Source of the DNA: Capsulimonadaceae bacterium
GTDB lineage: Bacteria > Armatimonadota > Armatimonadia > Armatimonadales > Capsulimonadaceae
Assembly (NCBI GenBank): GCA_965215505.1
Contig: OZ244065.1
Coordinates: 4,701,835 to 4,765,834, forward strand
Length of the DNA stretch: 64,000 nucleotides
Direction of reading: 5' to 3'
Below are positions 15,707 through 24,043 of this stretch, in pieces; position 1 is the stretch's first letter, and the number at the start of each line of letters is the position of its first letter. Position numbers and translations under genes: made by a program. Under the pieces are notes generated by a model. That model had not been told where the DNA came from, ran no database searches, and saw only the letters and a program-made list of their open reading frames with translations.

Positions 15707-16629
15707 TGTTCCCAGACTACCTCACGTTCAGCGTGCCCCTGCCCGTGGCAGAGTGGCTACTAGGCAGCCTGACCAGCCCCTACATGAGCAAGCGCTCCCC
15801 GTCAAGCACTTATGAAGAGGTGAGACGTTGCGGCGGCGTCTCAATCTCCGTGCCCGCCAACCCGAACGCGGAGGCGCGTGTCGAAGTGACAGGTGACGGC
15901 TGCCGCGAACTGGAAGCGGCGGGCACGGTAGCCCATTGGCCGACGTTTCTGAGGAGCCTGCTGAATGACGGAGCAAGGTTCACGCGCTTTGACTTCGCCA
16001 TTGACGATCAAATCGGCCTCCTCAATCTCGACCACATCATCACCGCCTGTGAAGAGGGGCGCGTCGTGTCAGCCTACAAGAGCGTGGACTTCCGCCCCAA
16101 GCTGGACGGGACCACCGGCCAGATCATCGGGCGGGGTGTCACGTTCGGCACACGCGGATCGGAGAGCTACGTTCGCATCTATGACAAGGAGTTACAGCAG
16201 GCCGTCCCTGGGCACTGGATCAGAGTGGAGCTAGAGACGCGCAAAGAAAGGGCACAAGCACTGGCAGAGGCGATCGCCAAGCGCGGGGCACAAGTCGTGC
16301 CCCCCATTCTACTCAGCTACCTCAATTTCAAGGTGCAAGGGCGAGACAAGAGGCGGTGCCGCTGGAAAACGGAAAGCTGGTGGACAACCTTCCTGGGCAC
16401 GACGCGACGCCGCCGGCTAGAAGTCGCGCCCCGGAACGTGAGCCTGGAGAAGACTTACCGTTGGCTGATCCGCAGTGTCGCACCGGCGTTCGCGCGAGTA
16501 TATGACAGTGGGATAGGTGAGCAGCTTATCACGCAGATGCTGGCGCACGGGCGGTCGAGGCTGAACCGTATCCCCGCCACGGCTACCAGGAGTGAGGCAG
16601 AGCCAGCGGCGAAGGCGGAGCATCCGTGA
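15706..16629 (+). CDS. Replication initiation factor (Rep_trans family, rolling-circle type)
   Basis: It starts MFPDYLTFSVP, matching the family's typical xDWLxFT start. It also has the YVRIYDKELQ motif typical of Rep_trans proteins. The ORF-track start at 15463 adds an implausible Arg/Pro-rich extension. Confidence 0.8.
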   Translation: MFPDYLTFSVPLPVAEWLLGSLTSPYMSKRSPSSTYEEVRRCGGVSISVPANPNAEARVEVTGDGCRELEAAGTVAHWPTFLRSLLNDGARFTRFDFAIDDQIGLLNLDHIITACEEGRVVSAYKSVDFRPKLDGTTGQIIGRGVTFGTRGSESYVRIYDKELQQAVPGHWIRVELETRKERAQALAEAIAKRGAQVVPPILLSYLNFKVQGRDKRRCRWKTESWWTTFLGTTRRRRLEVAPRNVSLEKTYRWLIRSVAPAFARVYDSGIGEQLITQMLAHGRSRLNRIPATATRSEAEPAAKAEHP

Positions 16630-16734
16630 AGGCATGACAGACCAGCGCGGTCAATCGGAGCCGCCTCGCGGCCCCTTGACTTCAATTCCAGCCGCCGCCA
16701 CAACCTTGGGGAGCGCACTGGCAGCAGGACGGTT

Positions 16735-17019
16735 TTAGCTGCCTGTGCGTTTCCCGGCCACGGCGAGTGCAGCGGAGGATGTCTCCTGCAACGACGCCAC
16801 ATCGCGCTTTCGCCCGCGCCCCGGCCCGCGCGGCTTGATGGTACGCTTGATGCCGTTGTAACTGCCCGGCTGGTAAGCATCGAGGTCAGCCGCGCGCAGT
16901 GCAATCCGATCCAGGACGCGCACGGAAGGCAGCAGGCCCCGCTCGATTGCCTTATAAATGGTGGGCAGCGAGACGCCCTTAATCTCGGCGGCCTTCTTCG
17001 GCGTAAGGTACTCGTCCAT
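16735..17019 (-). CDS. Excisionase-family / MerR-like HTH DNA-binding protein (candidate recombination directionality factor)
   Basis: The sequence MDEYLTPKKAAEIKGVSLPTIYKAIERGLLP is a classic excisionase-type HTH. AGGAG lies upstream of the ATG at 17019. The C-terminal tail is basic. Confidence 0.75.
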   Translation of the reverse strand: MDEYLTPKKAAEIKGVSLPTIYKAIERGLLPSVRVLDRIALRAADLDAYQPGSYNGIKRTIKPRGPGRGRKRDVASLQETSSAALAVAGKRTGS

Positions 17020-17148
17020 GTGTCTCCTGATGCTCGTTTGCCGTGGCAGTTCCTGCTTGTTGTCTAACAGTGAATACATTATGACACAAAGAACGCTGGA
17101 AGTCCAAACTGTTCTCCTTTCAATATTTAGGAGGAATATCTAGGCCAC

Positions 17149-17183
17149 TTGATATTTAATGTACAAAACAGTATACTTATAAT
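17149..17183 (+). promoter_or_regulatory. Sigma70-like promoter upstream of the serine recombinase
   Basis: TTGATA (17149-17154) is followed by a 17-nt spacer and TATACT (17172-17177), with an adjacent TATAAT (17178-17183). It sits in an AT-rich patch about 415 nt upstream of the recombinase start. Confidence 0.5.
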
Positions 17184-17598
17184 GCGGCCCTGACCGCCTG
17201 AATGAGCGTCGTCACACTAGCCGCTAGGCTGTTCGCCCTGCTTCACGGAGACAGCGCCGCCCACACCGAGGCGCGGGCGCGGCCCAGCATCAAAAGCCGT
17301 GCGGTACTTTGGGAAGACGGCTACGAGGCTCGCAGCATGAGGCTGGGGTTGTTGCCGGCAACTTCCCCTAGACAACTTGTACCAGTTCCTGCGGCTTCGA
17401 TAAGCTGGCCCCGTTCGGCTCATACTGATCCTGCTTGCGCCTTCCCACGTTTCCGTTTGGACGGAGGCGTGGGGAGTCTCGTGGCAATTGGGGAGGCTTA
17501 CCGCTCGGCCCTTTGCAGTCCGCCTGAGAGGTTTTTTCATCAAGTAGTCGGGTCCAGGTAGGGGCGCGGCTGCCATAGCAATGCATAGGAGAAGCATC

Positions 17599-19332
17599 AT
17601 GACAACCCCAGACTTCAACAAGTCAAAAGGCGCGGTCCTCTACACCCGCGTCAGCACCGGCGACCAGGACAAAAACGGGACAAGCCCGGAGACGCAGCTT
17701 TCCGCCTGTCGGGCTAGGGCGCTCGCTGAGGGCCTGCCCGTCGTCGCACAGTATCATGACGGCGGCATATCAGGCGGCTTCCTGCTGACCCGCGCGGGGA
17801 TGCAGGCGGCCCTTGCCGACATCCAGGCCGGGCGGGCTGACACGCTCATCTGCGCCAACATCAGCCGCTACAGCCGTGACACCGAACATCAGCAGGCGAT
17901 CAAGAAGGCCGTCAAAGCGGCGGGCGGCCATCTCGTATTCTGCGACATGGCGTTTGATGACACGCCGGAGGGGGATCTCGCATTCGGCGTGATGGGGACT
18001 TTCGCCGAGTATGAGCGCAAAGTGATTCGCCAGAGGACCATGCGGGGCAAGAGGAAGCGCGCGGAGGAGGGGCAGCAACCGCAGCGCAGCCGGTCCCCCT
18101 ACGGCTATCACATCGTCACCAACGCCGAAGTGGCCGCCGGGCTGCACCCTGCCCACCTGCGCGGGCGCTACCTCGTTCTGGAACCGATGGCCGGTATGGT
18201 GCGGCGCATCTTCGCCGATTATCACTCCGGGGCGTTCAGCCTGTCCGCGCTGTGCCTCGCGCTGAACCGTGAGGGGGTTGCGACGCCCGGCCACGGGAGA
18301 GCCTGGCAGGAGGCCACACTGCGGGTCATCCTGATGAACCCCGTTTATAAGGGCGAACCCGTCAGCGGGCGGCAGAAGTGCGTCACCGACGAGAGCCGCA
18401 TCGGGCAACGGCACAAGCTGACGGGCCGCCCCATCCGCACTCCGTACACGCGCACCCTGGCCCCTCCTGATGACCTCCTGACGCTCTCCGCCCCACCTCT
18501 GGTTGACGCCGAGGTTTGGGAGGCCGTGCAGTCGCGCCTGACCCGCATGAGCGGCGAGGGTGGCGGCAGCCCGCGTCAGGTGAGGATGCTGTCGGGCCAC
18601 ACGGTCTGCCCCTACTGCGGCGGCAAAGCCGGCATCAAGTACCAGAAGGCGAACGGGAAGAGATACCGCTACTTCACCTGCAACCAGCACAAACAGGCGC
18701 GGCGCGGACACGAAGGTTCTCCGTGCCGGGGCGAGCTGTATCCGGTGGAGACAGTAGAACAGGCCGTGTTGCAGTCCCTTCGGGATGCTTGGCAGAAGCC
18801 CGCCGCAGTCCAGGCGGCCCTGCACGTCTACACCGAGCCGATGCCGCTCAACAAGCGGACGGGCGAAGACGCCGAAACCCGGAAGGCCTTGGACGACCTG
18901 AAGGTGGAAGAGCAGGCGACCGCACAGGCCCAGGTCGCAGCCATCCGCGCGGGTGCATCACCAGACGCTTTCGCGCCCCTCTTCGCTGACATCGCCGCCC
19001 GGCGAAAGGCGTTACTGGCGCAACAGCAACCGGCGGCCATGAGCGGTGCGGCGGACGAAACGGGGAAGCCGGGCCGGGCAGGGCGGAAGAGCACCAATGT
19101 TGATCTGAAGATGGCCTGCCTGGCGATGGAGGAGGCGTGGCGCGTTCTGACCAGTGAAGGGGTCGAGGGGCACGTCAAACGCGATCTGCTGCTGACACTG
19201 GTAGAGAAGGTGATCTGCCACAAAGACGGGGCTGAAGTCGTGTTTCTCCCCGGCGTGTTCGGGGACGCCGGGGAGGGCGACGGGGTATCAACCCTTTATA
19301 CCACCTGCATCGGCATCAGGACGCACAGGTAG
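17599..19332 (+). CDS. Large serine recombinase (resolvase domain, recombinase domain and zinc-ribbon)
   Basis: It has the catalytic-serine motif AVLYTRVSTGDQ and a Cys cluster (CPYCGG...FTCNQH). The product is 577 aa from the SD-preceded ATG at 17599. The ORF-track start is 17581. Confidence 0.9.
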   Translation: MTTPDFNKSKGAVLYTRVSTGDQDKNGTSPETQLSACRARALAEGLPVVAQYHDGGISGGFLLTRAGMQAALADIQAGRADTLICANISRYSRDTEHQQAIKKAVKAAGGHLVFCDMAFDDTPEGDLAFGVMGTFAEYERKVIRQRTMRGKRKRAEEGQQPQRSRSPYGYHIVTNAEVAAGLHPAHLRGRYLVLEPMAGMVRRIFADYHSGAFSLSALCLALNREGVATPGHGRAWQEATLRVILMNPVYKGEPVSGRQKCVTDESRIGQRHKLTGRPIRTPYTRTLAPPDDLLTLSAPPLVDAEVWEAVQSRLTRMSGEGGGSPRQVRMLSGHTVCPYCGGKAGIKYQKANGKRYRYFTCNQHKQARRGHEGSPCRGELYPVETVEQAVLQSLRDAWQKPAAVQAALHVYTEPMPLNKRTGEDAETRKALDDLKVEEQATAQAQVAAIRAGASPDAFAPLFADIAARRKALLAQQQPAAMSGAADETGKPGRAGRKSTNVDLKMACLAMEEAWRVLTSEGVEGHVKRDLLLTLVEKVICHKDGAEVVFLPGVFGDAGEGDGVSTLYTTCIGIRTHR

Positions 19333-20072
19333 TCGGCGTCGTCGGTGGGGCGGATGACGCCGGGGTGCAGCGGCTCGGTCAGCTCGATGTGCAGGCCCTC
19401 GGTGTCCAGCACGTTCAGCACGTCGGCCAGGTACTTGGCGTTGAAGGCGATCTCCACCAGGCTGGCGTCGCCCGCGCGGGCCACCTCCACCTCCTCGTAG
19501 GCGTTGCCGACGCTCCCGCTCTCCGCCGTGATGGTCAGCCGGTCGCCGTCCTCGGTCGTCCGCAGGACGACCCGGCTGGCCGAGTCGCGGGCGACGATGG
19601 AGGCGCGCTTGACGGCGGCGGCCAGGGGCGCGCGCTCGACGGTCAGGGTCTTGGTGGCCTGGGCGGGGATGACGCGCTCGTAGTTTGGGAACTGGCCGTC
19701 GATCAGGCGCGAGATCAGGGTCGTCTTGCTGCCCTGCCCGTCACTCTTATCGCCTTCCCCCTTGCCGCCGCCGTTCTCGATCTGGAACTGGATCTGGTTG
19801 CCGGACAGGGTGACGACCACCTCGCCGTCCTCGTTGCCGATGATGCGGAGAAGCTCGTTCATGGCGCGCGACGGCACGATGGCGCTGGCGCTGCCCGACC
19901 CCTCCTTGACGGGGCAGTCGCGGACGGCCAGGCGGTGGGTGTCGGTGGCGACCAGGCGCAGGCTGTCGCCCTGGAAGACGACCAGGACGCCGGTGAGGAT
20001 GGCGCGGGTCTCGTCGGTGGAGGTGGCGAAGATGGTCTGCTTGATGGCGTCGGGCATCCCCGGTGAAGCCAT
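19296..20072 (-). pseudogene. dnaN: 5'-truncated dnaN (DNA polymerase III beta clamp, domains II and III only)
   Basis: The 258-aa ORF aligns to the clamp from about residue 125 (AIKQTIFATSTDETRAILTGVLV) to a typical C-terminus (YLCVLMPMQVV). An in-frame TAG lies about 33 codons upstream of the ORF start. Only 136 nt separate it from the next gene, so there is no room for domain I. Confidence 0.75.
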
Positions 20073-20208
20073 CCGGCTGAGGGCGTTGAGCAGGAGACGA
20101 GAACGCGGCTCCCGGCCCGCCGCATCTGCAATGAACGCGACCTACCTGTGCCGCAGAGCCATGACCACATAAAACCGAACACACCGCATCCGCGCATCGT
20201 CAGGCCTG

Positions 20209-21549
20209 TCACGGCGCGGGGGAGGGGACGGAGGGCAGGCCGCGCGCGCCGTCCGCAGACACCGACCGGACGGCAAACAGGTAGTCGTCTTTGGACAGGG
20301 GGAGCGTGACTGTCTCCGCCCCCTCGACCCGTTTAAAGCCGGTCCAGTCGGGCGCGTCCGTCGGACGCCATAACACCTCGTAAGCCGCCGCGTTCGGCAC
20401 ACGCCCCCAGGAGAGTTTCGTCTCCGGGCTGAGGTCGGCTTTCAGCAGGACACTCGGCGGCGGGGCGGGGGCGGAGGCAAGCGAGGCGACAGTCGCGGCG
20501 TTCACGCGGGCGACGCGCGCCAGATACTCGTAGTCCACGAACTGCGGCAGGTCGCCGTACTGGACGCCTTTTTCCACGCGCACGTCCTGGTGCTGGTGCC
20601 GCCAGTCCTCGTTCATCTCGGTGAAGCGCACGGCGGGAAAGCCGCGCTGGACGAACGGGGCGTGGTCCCCGCCGCGCAGATAGCGGTCCAGGCGGTAGAC
20701 GAGCGCGACGCCGAAGCCGGGCACATAGCGACGGCCCGCGTCCAGGACGGACCGCGCCAGTGTCCGGGCGGGCGTGTCGGCGTCCGTCCCCGCCGACCGC
20801 CTGCGGGCGGTCTGGGCCGCCGTCTCCGTCGGGTCCGCGCCCGAGGCGAACACCCGGACGTGCGAGTCGTCGTGGATGCCGCCTTGCCCGTGCGAGTTGC
20901 CGACGATGTCGTTCGTGATCATCGCCTCCACGTCAACCTTGCCGTCAGTCATCTCCTGCGCCAGGTGCGTCGAGCCGTACAGCCCCTGCTCCTCCCCCGT
21001 CACGGCGACGAACTTGACCGTTGCCGCATAGTGGTGGCCCGCCATCAGCCGGGCCAGTTCCAGCGCGACGGCCACCCCCGAGGCGTCGTCGTTCGCCCCC
21101 GGCGCGGTCGCCGAGGCGTTCATCACGTCCGTGACGCGCGAGTCGTAGTGCCCGCTGATGATGATGACCCGCTCCGGCGTCTCGTCGCCCGGCAGCGTCG
21201 CCACAACGTCCGTCAGCGAGACGGGCGCGGGCAGACGCTCCCCCGCAGGCTGCGTCCAGGTGTCCCGCTCGACTCGGAGCCGCCCGCCGTTAGCCGCCGA
21301 GACCGCCTGAAACTGCGCCGCGATCCAGTTCACCGCGAGTGCGCTGCCGGTCGGCGAGAGCGTGTGGCGCGTCGGGAACGACGCCAGCGTCCGCACCGTG
21401 TTTTCCAGCCGCGCCGCCGAGACGCCGCCGACGACGGCCTGCACCCCGGCGTCTTTATCCGGCGGGGCCGCGCCCGCCGCGCCGGCAAAAAGAAGCAGCG
21501 TGGCCGCGAAAGGGGCGGAGAGGAAAAAGGGAAATCGGAGCGTCGTCAT
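20209..21549 (-). CDS. M28 family metallopeptidase with a signal peptide and a C-terminal FN3-like domain
   Basis: It has the motifs SGHYDSR, GANDDASGVAVALELAR and VTGEEQGLYGS, plus an N-terminal hydrophobic signal. Confidence 0.85.
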   Translation of the reverse strand: MTTLRFPFFLSAPFAATLLLFAGAAGAAPPDKDAGVQAVVGGVSAARLENTVRTLASFPTRHTLSPTGSALAVNWIAAQFQAVSAANGGRLRVERDTWTQPAGERLPAPVSLTDVVATLPGDETPERVIIISGHYDSRVTDVMNASATAPGANDDASGVAVALELARLMAGHHYAATVKFVAVTGEEQGLYGSTHLAQEMTDGKVDVEAMITNDIVGNSHGQGGIHDDSHVRVFASGADPTETAAQTARRRSAGTDADTPARTLARSVLDAGRRYVPGFGVALVYRLDRYLRGGDHAPFVQRGFPAVRFTEMNEDWRHQHQDVRVEKGVQYGDLPQFVDYEYLARVARVNAATVASLASAPAPPPSVLLKADLSPETKLSWGRVPNAAAYEVLWRPTDAPDWTGFKRVEGAETVTLPLSKDDYLFAVRSVSADGARGLPSVPSPAP

Positions 21550-21567
21550 GCAGTAGTTCTTTCGTTG

Positions 21568-21885
21568 TCAGCGCCCGTGCGCCGCCAGTCCGAGGCCGAC
21601 GAGGGCCGCCAGGCTCAGGATCGCCATCAGGCCGCCCGGCATGAAGGCGCGGGTACGGACGTAGCGGACGGTGAAGAAGACGAGCAGGGCGAGCGTCAGA
21701 GCCAGCGCCGCCGGCAGGCCCCAGGCCTGGCTGTGGCCGACTCCCCACGCCGCCGCCAGCAGGCCCAGGCCGCCGCCGAGGCCGCCGATCAGCGAAGGGC
21801 GGCTGCCGGCCTTGACGAAGCCGAGGACGCCCCCCAGGATGACCAGGACGGCGTAGACGAGGGTGATGATCGCGGCTGTGTTCAT
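21568..21885 (-). CDS. Small four-helix membrane protein (TMEM14/UPF0136-like)
   Basis: The 105-aa product is Gly/Ala/Leu-rich with four hydrophobic segments. Confidence 0.6.
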   Translation of the reverse strand: MNTAAIITLVYAVLVILGGVLGFVKAGSRPSLIGGLGGGLGLLAAAWGVGHSQAWGLPAALALTLALLVFFTVRYVRTRAFMPGGLMAILSLAALVGLGLAAHGR

Positions 21886-21902
21886 GGGTCCATTGTACCC
21901 GC

Positions 21903-23252
21903 TCAGGCCGCTTCAGGCTTTTCCGACAGCGGCACCCGGCTCTTCGTCCAGGCGGGCAGCAGCAGGATGAGCAGCCCGGCGGGGACCGTCAGGGCCAGAC
22001 CCCACCCGTTGGTCGCGTGCCAGGCATAGGTGGCGCTGTGGCCGCTCTGCGGCCCGCAGAAGTCGTACAGGGTGCCGCCGACCTTCTCTCCCAGCGCGCC
22101 GGCCAGGGCGATGGAGGAGAGGACCAGGCCGTAGACGGTCCCCTCGATGTGCGGCGGGCAGGCGCGTGCGGCCAGCGTGTACAGGCAGAGCGTGTACAGG
22201 ATGCCGGCGAATCCGCCGATGACCGCCACGACCCTGGCGGAGAACTGGTCGTGCAGTCCGAAGTTGATCAGGTACAGGGAGCAGTCACACGCCCACGCCC
22301 CCACGGTCACGGCCACGACGGGCATCTTTCGCGAGACCACGCCGAAGGTGAGGATGCCGAGTAGGACGCCCGCCGCGCTGAACTGGCCCAGGCCGCCGAT
22401 GAACTGCTTGGAGAAGTGCAGACTGTCCACGGTGTAGTAGAGCTGGGCGGTATTGGTGCCCGGCGTGAAGATCAGGTAGAAGACATAGGCGACGACGGCC
22501 CACAGGCCGGGGGACCGGGCCGCCCGCCGCAGTGCGTCGGTCGTCTGGGCGCGCTCGGCCCGCTTCGCTTCCAGGCGCTCGGCGTGTTCGGCGGGCGTCT
22601 CCCGTGCGCTCTGCCCCGCGATGACGCGCTTCTCATCGATCAGCAAGGCCAGCGGCAGGGCGAGAAGGGAGATCAGGGCCGCCGTGCGGAAGCAGGAGGC
22701 GTAAGACCAGTTCTGGGTCACATAGCCGCCCAGACGGGCCGTGAAGACCAGCGTCAGCAGGTAGGGGGTGAACATCTGGACCGCCTGAACACGCCCCACG
22801 GTCCCGGTCCGGTTGCCGACCGTCACCATGATCGCGTCCGCCATGATCAGCACGGTGACACCGCCCGCGAACGCGATTATCACGAGTAGGAGCGTAGTCA
22901 GATAGGCGTAGTGGGAAACGAGGGACAGGCAGAAAAATCCCAGCGCGGCCGTCAGCGCGGCCAGCGCGTAGTAGGAGCGGCGGTGGTAGCCCAGCAGAGG
23001 GAAGAGGTCGGACCCGGCCCCGATCAGGGGCCGCAGATAGTTAGGGATCGCCACCAGGATGGCGAGGGTCGCCAGCCCGCCCGCCGAGAGGTGGAGCTGC
23101 TCTTTGTAGAGGAACAGGAGCTTCTCCCCGGAGAACGTGCCGACGAGGGTGCTGACGACCATCGTCGCGGCCATCAGCAGGATGAGGCGCAGGAAGGCGG
23201 CGCGCTCGCCGGGCGGCGCGGCGGTCTCGCGGTCGAGGGTGAGTGTTGCCAA
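21903..23252 (-). CDS. MFS transporter (folate-biopterin transporter/BT1-like)
   Basis: The 449-aa product has about 12 hydrophobic segments and an N-terminal region resembling BT1-family transporters. Confidence 0.7.
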   Translation of the reverse strand: MATLTLDRETAAPPGERAAFLRLILLMAATMVVSTLVGTFSGEKLLFLYKEQLHLSAGGLATLAILVAIPNYLRPLIGAGSDLFPLLGYHRRSYYALAALTAALGFFCLSLVSHYAYLTTLLLVIIAFAGGVTVLIMADAIMVTVGNRTGTVGRVQAVQMFTPYLLTLVFTARLGGYVTQNWSYASCFRTAALISLLALPLALLIDEKRVIAGQSARETPAEHAERLEAKRAERAQTTDALRRAARSPGLWAVVAYVFYLIFTPGTNTAQLYYTVDSLHFSKQFIGGLGQFSAAGVLLGILTFGVVSRKMPVVAVTVGAWACDCSLYLINFGLHDQFSARVVAVIGGFAGILYTLCLYTLAARACPPHIEGTVYGLVLSSIALAGALGEKVGGTLYDFCGPQSGHSATYAWHATNGWGLALTVPAGLLILLLPAWTKSRVPLSEKPEAA

Positions 23253-23530
23253 CGGTCTTTCCTTTCGTTGCGAAGCTCAACCCTCGGCGCTGAGGGGCAG
23301 TGAACGTGTCAGGTGATGTGAAGGCCCCATTTCGACACTCCCGCCTGATTCTCCTGCTGCCGTAAAACGCCTCTTCTCAGCGCGCCCCTATTGTTGCCGG
23401 TTTTTCCTGATCCGGCCCGGTCGGCATGATTCCTGCAATTGTAGAACAATGCGGCAGACCACTGGGGACGCGCCGCAGGCGATCGTGCCTTCCTATCAGC
23501 CTTCGCCCCCGCAGAGAAAAGAAAACCCGC

Positions 23531-24043
23531 ATGTCCATTTTTTACAAAGCCGGCCTGGCGCTTGTTGTCCTCGGTGCCCTGGGGCAGACCACCCCGGCAA
23601 GCGCCATGGGAGTCACCGTCGCCGCCGCGCCCGTCACCGGCGGCGGGAGTAGCCCGTACACCTACTCCTATGCCGTCACCCCCAGCTTCAACGCCAGCCA
23701 GTTCGCGTTCACCTTCTCGGACCCGAACGTCAGCTTCAGCAGCGTCACCGGGCCTCTGAACACCGTCAACCAGACCACGCCGGGCAGCTTCATCAACTTC
23801 GGCGCGGCCGGGGCCTTCCTGCCCGCCGGCTCCTCGGAGACGATCTCCTTCACCTCGCCGGATGCACCGAACGGCGGCACCTTCATCGCCGCCGGGACCG
23901 GGTCCGGCAGCGCCGGATACTCGCTCACGGCCCCCGGCCCCGCCCCCGTGCCGGAGTCCTCCACCACGGTCAGCCTGGGCCTGCTGCTGGCCCTCGGCCT
24001 GGGCGGCGTCGCCGTCGCAGCCCGCAAGAAGCGCGTCGCCTAA
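23531..24043 (+). CDS. PEP-CTERM sorting-domain protein
   Basis: It has a signal peptide (MSIFYKAGLALVVLGALGQTTPASA). The C-terminus has VPESST, then a hydrophobic helix, then RKKR. Confidence 0.8.
   Translation: MSIFYKAGLALVVLGALGQTTPASAMGVTVAAAPVTGGGSSPYTYSYAVTPSFNASQFAFTFSDPNVSFSSVTGPLNTVNQTTPGSFINFGAAGAFLPAGSSETISFTSPDAPNGGTFIAAGTGSGSAGYSLTAPGPAPVPESSTTVSLGLLLALGLGGVAVAARKKRVA

Larger units (their letters stand above)
13719..19332. mobile_element. Integrative element with a serine recombinase, excisionase-like protein, Rep_trans replication module and unknown cargo. The boundaries are approximate, and the left end could lie anywhere in 13158-13718.
   Basis: The gene content is listed in the individual entries. 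GC content drops in 13.7-17.2 kb. The element sits between the CRISPR-Cas locus and a truncated dnaN. Confidence 0.7.

Noticed and set aside
19296-20072. Idea that dnaN is split by the serine-recombinase element and would be restored by excision (as with developmentally excised elements)
   Set aside because: The recombinase lies at the intact 3' end of the fragment, whereas the missing part is the 5' domain. The DNA on the 5' side (20073 onward) is an ordinary peptidase gene, not the missing dnaN part.
20590-22029. 479-aa ORF antisense to the M28 peptidase and TMEM14-like genes. Similar long antisense or out-of-frame ORFs occur at 11160-11891, 11888-12667, 17770-18825, 19365-20066, 25623-27434, 27507-28409, 33101-34756, 37168-38742, 39994-40650, 42383-43945, 44206-45027, 45224-46252, 47054-48160, 47838-49103, 50288-51901, 50650-51921, 54046-54987, 55134-55874, 57175-58428, 58317-59339 and 62096-62944.
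   Set aside because: All have extreme Arg/Gly/Pro/Ala/His composition and no recognisable domains. They overlap well-supported genes on the other strand or frame, which is the classic high-GC artefact.
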